Shown here: piece by piece, positions 59,801 through 64,000 of the stretch
Position numbering within the stretch: the stretch's first letter is position 1
Layout: each line of letters begins with the position of its first letter
Assembly: GCA_028534125.1 (NCBI GenBank)
Contig: CM052838.1
Span: forward strand, 65,596,001 to 65,660,000
Length of the DNA: 64,000 bases
Direction of reading: 5' to 3'
Origin: Lama glama
Taxonomy: Eukaryota
Translations under genes and position numbers: made by a program
Notes under the pieces: model-generated
Database searches by the model: none
Told to the model about the DNA's origin: nothing
The model's input: only the letters and a program-made list of their open reading frames with translations

Positions 59801-62800
59801 AGGGCAAGCAGTACATGAACACCCGGTGCCCCGCCTGGTGCGACCGCGTCCTCATGTCCCCGTCCGCCAAGGAGCTGATTCTGAGGGTGAGTGTGAGGTG
59901 GGGGTGGGGGGTCAGAGCCGCAGGGCTGGGGGTGGGCTGGGGGATTCGAGTTCCTGCCGACCCCAGCATGAGCCCTGCCTCGTCCTGTGGCTGCCGACCC
60001 ACCGACCGGTACGTCAGGGCGGCCCCCGGCCTGCGGGGCCGTGGGCGAGCCAGGCCTCCAGCACCTTCCCAGCTCAAAATGGGCATGAGCGGCCAGCCGT
60101 GCACCAGGAGCCCCCTGATCTGCCACGTCCTCGGGGCCAGTGAGCCCTCGTCTTCGCAAGAGCTTGTTGCTGACGTCTCTGCGTCTCCCAAGCTGTGAGT
60201 CAGAGCCAGAGTCGCACTCGGACCCGAGAAGTTAAAGACGAACGGCCCACGGTCCGGGGGCAGCACCGTGTGCTGGGCCAGGTTTCCCAGGGTGTTTCGG
60301 TGCCCACATCTCAGCACGAAAGAAGTGCTGGCAGGAGTCAATATCTGCATTGGTCTTGTCCACCCCATCAGTGCAAAAATGTTACAGTGACGGGCATTGA
60401 CTCACCAGGGCAGCAGTCTGGCCTCTGAGGGACGGGGGCAGCCAGTTAGGGTGGCAGGAGGCCCCCATGGCCCCAGACCACCCCCTGCCCACCTCAACCC
60501 AGCATATTTGAGGCCAGTTGCCACCCTCCATGGCCCCCGCAGCTGCTCCGAGGAGCCCCGTCTGGGCCCCTGGGCCTCACCCAGGACATAGTCGGGAGGG
60601 CAGAATGCCCACCGGCTGCCTAGGTGTGCACCCCGTCCCCCGCTCAGCGGCCCCTGCGGCCCCCACTGGGAGGCCTGCTAACCTTTGCAGGAGGGCTGGC
60701 CCTCAACACCGCCTGGAGCCACAGCTCCCTGGGCGTTGGGGCAGGGAGCCTGCAGCCATGTGGGGTCTGCAGCAAGCTTGCTCTGGTGGGGCCTGGGGGG
60801 CTGGCCTGGGCAGCCTAGGCAGACCCCCGGCCTGTGGGCAGGACCTGCACCTCAGGGCCCATCAGGGAGGACGGCCGCTGGGGCTGCTTCCACAGGCGGC
60901 CCTCCTGAAGGAGCTGCGTGGGGCAGGGCCCTGAGCACACAGCCCAGACTTGGGCCTGCCCCTGGTGCCCTGAGGTGAAGGCGAGGGATGAGAGAATGGA
61001 CAGCGGCTCTGAGCACATGGGGCACATGAGGCCTGTGGCCGGTGTGGGTGCCTCCAGGGGCCTCGGGACGCAGAGAAGAGACCAGAGTCATCTTCCAGAG
61101 AGAGAGGTGTCTTGCAGTAAACCCACTAAGACAGCGGGGGTGCTCAGGACTGCGCGTGGGGGCTGCACGAGCCTCCGCCCCAGGCTGCAGACAGTCTAGC
61201 GGAAGGTGGCATTTTAGACTGTTTTATGTCATCTCAGTCTGGGGGCCTGAGACTGGCTGCTGCAGACGCTGTGGGGACAGAGCTCGGCTGCTGGCCCGTC
61301 TGGGGAAGGCCCAGTGCCTTCCTGGTGGGGAGTCCCGGCAAGCGGGCGTTCCCAGCCCGGTGGCTGCGCGGCTAGCAGTCTCCGTGGCGTCATCCATCAT
61401 GCCACGCTCGGGCAGCTCGGCCTTGTGTTAGTTCCGCTTCCCAGCCCCGGACACCGGAGGCGGCAGCCGCAGTGACGAGTGCGCAGCGAGGCGTGCGGCG
61501 CCGCGGTCATTTGTTTATCTGTCTCGAGATCATACGGTTGGAAACCCACAATCTTATGCTGCCTTTGCAAATTGCCTCGCTCGTTGGATGGATGCACCCC
61601 GACTCTGCGGAGGCGGCGCTGCGACTGCAGGGACTTGCGGAGGGTGCTGTCTGTATGTTCTGGCAGACGACCATGCTGGAGAGGAAATCTGACCTTAAGC
61701 TTCCTACTGCATTACGGATAATTCAGTTTTAACGTTGTAGTCGCAGATGCTTCAGCTGCAGATGTAAAACCCTGGCCCAGTCGGAGCCGTCCGACTGCTG
61801 GGAACACACACCCTCTGCGTCGTCCGGAGTTAAGGGTCTGCAGGCTGGTGGAGGTGGGAGGCCGATGGGCACACGGACCACGGGGTGCAGTGGTGTGGAG
61901 TTCAGGGGCGTCTGCTCTTGCATGAACAGGGGCCGCTGGGTGAACAGAAGCTGATGTCAGAAGCGAACGTCAGCAGGGAAAGTGGGAACCGGACGAGCGT
62001 CTGTGGTGCCGGGGGCTCAGCGGCACATGTGCTCACAGCGGCACCGACTGCGGGGAGCACCGGCCCGGGCCTCCACCGCGTCCGGGGCGCCGAAGGGCCG
62101 GAGGGGAGCCTGGAGCTCAGCATAGCCCCTGAGGTCACCGCCTTCCTGAGGCCAGAGCCGCCTCGCCTGCAAGAGCCAGGGTGCAGAGATGCCGCCCGGA
62201 CCGCCAGGACCTCGGGCCACCGCCAGCCGCCCCTCCGAGGGGCCTCAGAAATGGGCAGAGTGGGCGGCGGGCGACTGCTCCCCATTCCCACCTCTCACAC
62301 CTCTTCCTGTGCTTGCTTTTCTCAGTCGGAGAGCGAGGAGAAGGTTGTCACCTACGACCACATCGGGCCCAGCGTCTGCATGGGAGACCACAAGGTGACA
62401 TCACCTCGCTGGGGCCCAGGGTGGGCGGTGGCGGCTTGTCCTGCCGCCTCCTTAGCCTGGCCTCACAGAGGAGGTGAAATTGGTCTGTTTTTATTTGATT
62501 TTAATAAAATACCAGAAGGAGTTGGGTAGACAAGCAGACAGTAAGGCAGACAAGACTAGTCACAAGAGAACCCGGGGCAGATTTACTATTTGTAAAAAAT
62601 GCTGGTGGTTTCCGGAGTCCGTTTCCCAGGTGTGCATTGGAAGTATTTTAATGGCCTCTGAGGTGGGGCAGCTGCCACCATGGGGCGAGCGGGAGGCGTG
62701 CGTGCTACCAGCCCAGCGCTTCGGGAGGCAGTGATTGTTCCAGTACTAAGTTCTCCGTGTGACCGTGCCTGGCCCCTGAGGGGCCCCATGGGGACAGGTC

Positions 62801-63194
62801 CTGGGTCACTGGCAGGCAAAGGCGATGCACTGGTTCCCCATCTTCAAGACCTCTGGGCCCCACCCACACTGCCCCATCCCAGGAGGAGCTCTGTCTTTCC
62901 GGGGCTATTTGGCCGGAATCAGCAGTTCTTAAATGAGCTTTTACATTAGTTTTCCCTCTGGGAATAATGCCCTCTCTACAGACCACGAAGGCCCTCTGCC
63001 TCGAGCCTCTGGCTGCCCAGTCCGGGCAGCTCCACACGGGCGGGGTCCAGAATGGGTACCCAGCCGGGAGCGTGGGGTCCGGGGTTCTGACGACTTCTCT
63101 TCTGCCCCTGCAGCCCGTGTTCCTGGCCTTCCGCATCGCGCCCGGGGCAGGTAAACCTCACGCACGTGTGCACAAGTGCTGTGTCGTGCAGTGA
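7867..63194 (+). CDS. INPP5A: Inositol polyphosphate 5-phosphatase A (43-kDa type I IP3 5-phosphatase); 5'-partial spliced CDS, 11 exons, C-terminal 310 aa
   Basis: Exons join in frame (64+104+53+120+85+96+75+74+112+69+81 = 933 nt) with GT-AG boundaries. The translation contains 5-phosphatase motifs VFGDFNFRL, RCPAWCDRV and MGDHKPV and ends KCCVVQ* (CAAX), matching mammalian INPP5A as recalled. Confidence 0.98.
9577..12445 (+). mobile_element. Old LINE-1 (L1M-type) relic: 5'UTR-like segment plus disrupted ORF2 (RT region)
   Basis: A-rich + strand. ORF2-like peptides TKSWFFEKINKIGKPL, ENYRPVFLVNI, GVQGWFNIQKSIN, SVDVEKAFDKIQHPF, KDRVFNSWCW and KLDFMKTENSCSAEDTVK occur in shifting frames with stops. 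9577-~10120 resembles an L1M 5' end. Ends approximate. Confidence 0.92.
14700..14762. repeat. Two-copy tandem duplication, 30-31 bp unit (ggaccccaggtggcctcagc(t)ggctgaaggg)
   Basis: Read directly; lies about 40 nt upstream of the exon 6 acceptor. Confidence 0.9.
14803..14906 (+). CDS. INPP5A: INPP5A coding exon (exon 6): (A)KKYKKVTGKEIYSDTLESTPMLEKEKFPQDYFPE
   Basis: Acceptor cttttctag|CT, donor GAG|gtgcgt; 104 nt; peptide visible within track ORF 14511..14984. Confidence 0.97.
17960..18520. promoter_or_regulatory. Candidate conserved non-coding element / enhancer
   Basis: AT-rich island with TAATTA, TAATCC, AATTAATT and CACTTAA motifs; function inferred only. Confidence 0.55.
20834..20886 (+). 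CDS. INPP5A: INPP5A coding exon (exon 7): CKWSRKGFIRTRWCVAD(C)
   Basis: Acceptor tttatttttcag|TGC, donor CTG|gtacgt; 53 nt. Confidence 0.96.
22410..22529 (+). CDS. INPP5A: INPP5A coding exon (exon 8): AFDLVNIHLFHDASNLVAWETSPSVYSGIRRKALGYVLD(R)
   Basis: Acceptor ctgtccctgcag|T, donor CAG|gtaggt; 120 nt; contains the NxHL motif typical of 5-phosphatases. Confidence 0.97.
29162..29361 (+). mobile_element. MER8 / Tigger2-derived non-autonomous DNA transposon (TcMar-Tigger)
   Basis: Internal gttggttgaatctgcagacgcagaaccgcggat and 3' end ggcgcccctcaccccgtctcgtccaagggccagctg followed by TA match the recalled MER8 consensus; left TIR eroded. Confidence 0.7.
29690..30130 (+). mobile_element. Highly diverged L1 (L1ME-like) ORF2 3' fragment
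   Basis: Collinear pieces aacagagtctcagaaagacc, gggaaaatccataaactcagatccctgcttcac, aattccagatagattaaag and gcacagagcgggaagag resemble L1 ORF2 C-terminal sequence. Confidence 0.55.
30379..30495 (+). mobile_element. tRNA(Ala)-derived SINE, camelid vic-1 type, with 16-bp target-site duplication
   Basis: ggggggaggatatagctcaagtgg (A box) ... ggtttgatcccc (B box), then aaaaataaataaatag and a C-rich end; exact flanking repeat catattgccctgtcat at 30363-30378 and 30496-30511. Confidence 0.9.
31509..31593 (+). CDS. INPP5A: INPP5A coding exon (exon 9): ISDQRFEKASYFVFGDFNFRLDSKSVVE
   Basis: Acceptor ctctcctccag|G, donor GAG|gtaggc; 85 nt; catalytic motif GDFNFR. Confidence 0.97.
32258..32463. repeat. 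G-rich minisatellite, 30-33 bp unit, about 6.5 copies
   Basis: Unit gcg(tg)gggggctctgaccagaggggcccctgt; gctctgacca occurs 7 times. Confidence 0.97.
35045..35455 (-). mobile_element. MaLR solo LTR (MLT1C/D-like)
   Basis: Ordered blocks cacagtctggaggc, ggggaggctccttcctg, tcttacaagtcaccag, agggccccc, taattacacctgcagagacc and aagtaaggtcac match the reverse complement of the recalled MLT1 consensus; ends approximate. Confidence 0.8.
37545..37680. promoter_or_regulatory. Candidate compact homeodomain-site enhancer
   Basis: TAATTAA twice plus TAATGG and GATTA within about 80 bp; function inferred only. Confidence 0.5.
47366..47461 (+). CDS. INPP5A: INPP5A coding exon (exon 10): TLCTKATMQTVRAADTNEVVKLIFRESDNDRK
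   Basis: Acceptor gtccttcccag|ACC, donor AAG|gtgagc; 96 nt, phase 0/0. Confidence 0.97.
47550..47624 (+). CDS. INPP5A: INPP5A coding exon (exon 11): VTLQLEKKLFDYVNQEVFRDNNGTA
   Basis: Acceptor cccggcag|GTG (weak pyrimidine tract, see findings), donor GCG|gtgagt; 75 nt. Confidence 0.95.
49576..49755. other. Assembly gap (180 N)
   Basis: Run of N in the sequence. Confidence 1.
49756..50130. promoter_or_regulatory. Candidate conserved non-coding element / enhancer
   Basis: AT-rich non-repetitive island with TTATCA (GATA-like), CATTGT (SOX-like) and TAATC motifs, abutting a gap. Confidence 0.45.
50850..50879. repeat. (GT)15 microsatellite
   Basis: Read directly. Confidence 0.97.
52340..52526. 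repeat. Minisatellite, 60-61 bp unit, 3 copies
   Basis: Unit gcagcccctgaagtggacgcctccgtggacggcctgggggccgcacagacccagccgggca; copies 2 and 3 are identical and copy 1 has a few changes. Confidence 0.97.
54476..54549 (+). CDS. INPP5A: INPP5A coding exon (exon 12): LLEFDKELSVFKDRLCELDISFPP(S)
   Basis: Acceptor ttttttcctttag|CTC, donor CAG|gtgagg; 74 nt. Confidence 0.97.
57719..57818. other. Assembly gap (100 N, conventional unknown-size gap)
   Basis: Run of N in the sequence. Confidence 1.
59775..59886 (+). CDS. INPP5A: INPP5A coding exon (exon 13): YPYSEDSSQGKQYMNTRCPAWCDRVLMSPSAKELILR
   Basis: Acceptor gtctccccag|C, donor AGG|gtgagt; 112 nt; second catalytic motif PAWCDR. Confidence 0.97.
62326..62394 (+). 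CDS. INPP5A: INPP5A coding exon (exon 14): SESEEKVVTYDHIGPSVCMGDHK
   Basis: Acceptor gcttttctcag|TCG, donor AAG|gtgaca; 69 nt. Confidence 0.97.
63114..63194 (+). CDS. INPP5A: INPP5A last coding exon (exon 15): PVFLAFRIAPGAGKPHARVHKCCVVQ*; exon extends to 63201
   Basis: Acceptor ctgcccctgcag|CCC; TGA at 63192-63194; C-terminal CAAX CVVQ; donor-like GTG|gtaaat at 63201/63202. Confidence 0.97.
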   Translation, partial: PVFLAFRIAPGAGKPHARVHKCCVVQ

Positions 63195-63201
63195 CGTGGT
63201 G

Positions 63202-63288
63202 GTAAATATTCCTCCTTCCCTCGTGTTCACCTTTCCTGAGTTTCTCCTGGTGTGTGCGCGCCTTTAACCAACGGCCGACTCCACGCAG
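63202..63288 (+). other. INPP5A: 87-nt intron in the INPP5A 3' UTR
   Basis: gtaaat donor, branch-point-like ctttaac at 63262-63268, acceptor ccacgcag at 63281-63288; agrees with the recalled short last intron of mammalian INPP5A. Confidence 0.8.
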
Positions 63289-64000
63289 GGACGCGGTGTC
63301 AGCGCCACGAGAGGACCCTTGGCGAGCCCTCCCTGTAGCACAAGGCGCAGACGAAGTCGCAGCCCATGAAATACGTACTCGTGATAGCTGCACCCACAAC
63401 CGCCCGAGCGCCACCCGCTAGGCAGATGGCCAGCCCTGCACTTCGCTTCAGCCTCCGGACGGCGGCTCCGGAAAAGCCTCACATACCTCACTGTCTCGTC
63501 TGTTCATGTGACATTAAGTAGAAATACTGGGTTTTTAAAAAAAAAAAAAAAGTCACAGCCCTGTTGCCAAAACTCTGTAATAGACAGCAAAGAGATTCTG
63601 TATTTTAGACTTCACGGTTTTCGATTTTTACGAATTGTCAGCGTGGAAGAGCTTCTCCAGGGTGGAAACCCCACAGGTGCCGAGCCCTCTGCCAGCCGGG
63701 CGCCCGGTGGGGGGCAGGCGGGCTCTGGACCGCCGGGCTGTGCGCGGCCTCTGCTGGGGGTCGTGGCCCGGCTCCCACTCCGATGGCCCCCCTTCCGTGC
63801 TCTTCACTCTACTGCCATGTGACATGGCTTTTGAATCACACTGCAGCTGCTTTCCATTTTTATATATAAATATATATAAATATATACTTTTTAAAAATAA
63901 TTTATAAACCTTACCAAAACTTACGCTAAATATACTTTCCAGTATGAATGCTTGAGTGGTATTTCAGCAGGTAGCATCGAGGTCTAGGAGATCAGGCACG
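63289..64000 (+). other. INPP5A: INPP5A terminal exon / 3' UTR (3'-partial)
   Basis: Follows the last acceptor; contains an A15 run (63537-63551) and an AT-rich block (about 63856-63950). No canonical AATAAA was seen, so the UTR probably continues beyond the window. Confidence 0.8.

Noticed and set aside
63289-64000. NKX6-2 coding sequence or the INPP5A poly(A) signal
   Set aside because: No homeodomain-coding sequence and no canonical AATAAA were seen; both are expected beyond the right edge.

Overview
Mammalian genomic DNA, very GC- and CpG-rich, almost certainly from a camelid, since it carries a vic-1-type tRNA-derived SINE at 30379-30495. The window lies within one + strand gene, INPP5A (43-kDa type I inositol 1,4,5-trisphosphate 5-phosphatase). 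Eleven coding exons with GT-AG boundaries and compatible phases (7867-7930, 14803-14906, 20834-20886, 22410-22529, 31509-31593, 47366-47461, 47550-47624, 54476-54549, 59775-59886, 62326-62394, 63114-63194) join into 933 nt. They encode the C-terminal 310 aa, including GDFNFR, PAWCDR and GDHKPV, and end in the CAAX box CVVQ. An 87-nt intron follows 7 nt after the stop codon, and the 3' UTR exon runs off the right edge. The 5' exons lie upstream of the window. The introns hold old L1, MLT1, MER8 and MIR relics, two minisatellites, a GT microsatellite, two assembly gaps and a series of AT-rich, homeodomain-motif-rich islands that look like conserved enhancers. Nearly all entries in the ORF track are GC-driven chance ORFs. 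I cannot support a wholly new biological system. The best leads are (i) a splice switch that swaps the farnesylation CAAX for a non-prenylated tail, (ii) one exon with anomalously AT-rich synonymous sites, (iii) a 31-nt copy of a distant segment sitting where the polypyrimidine tract of a short intron should be, and (iv) the enhancer-like islands. Exon numbering, repeat family names and neighbour-gene identity come from recalled knowledge, not from a search.
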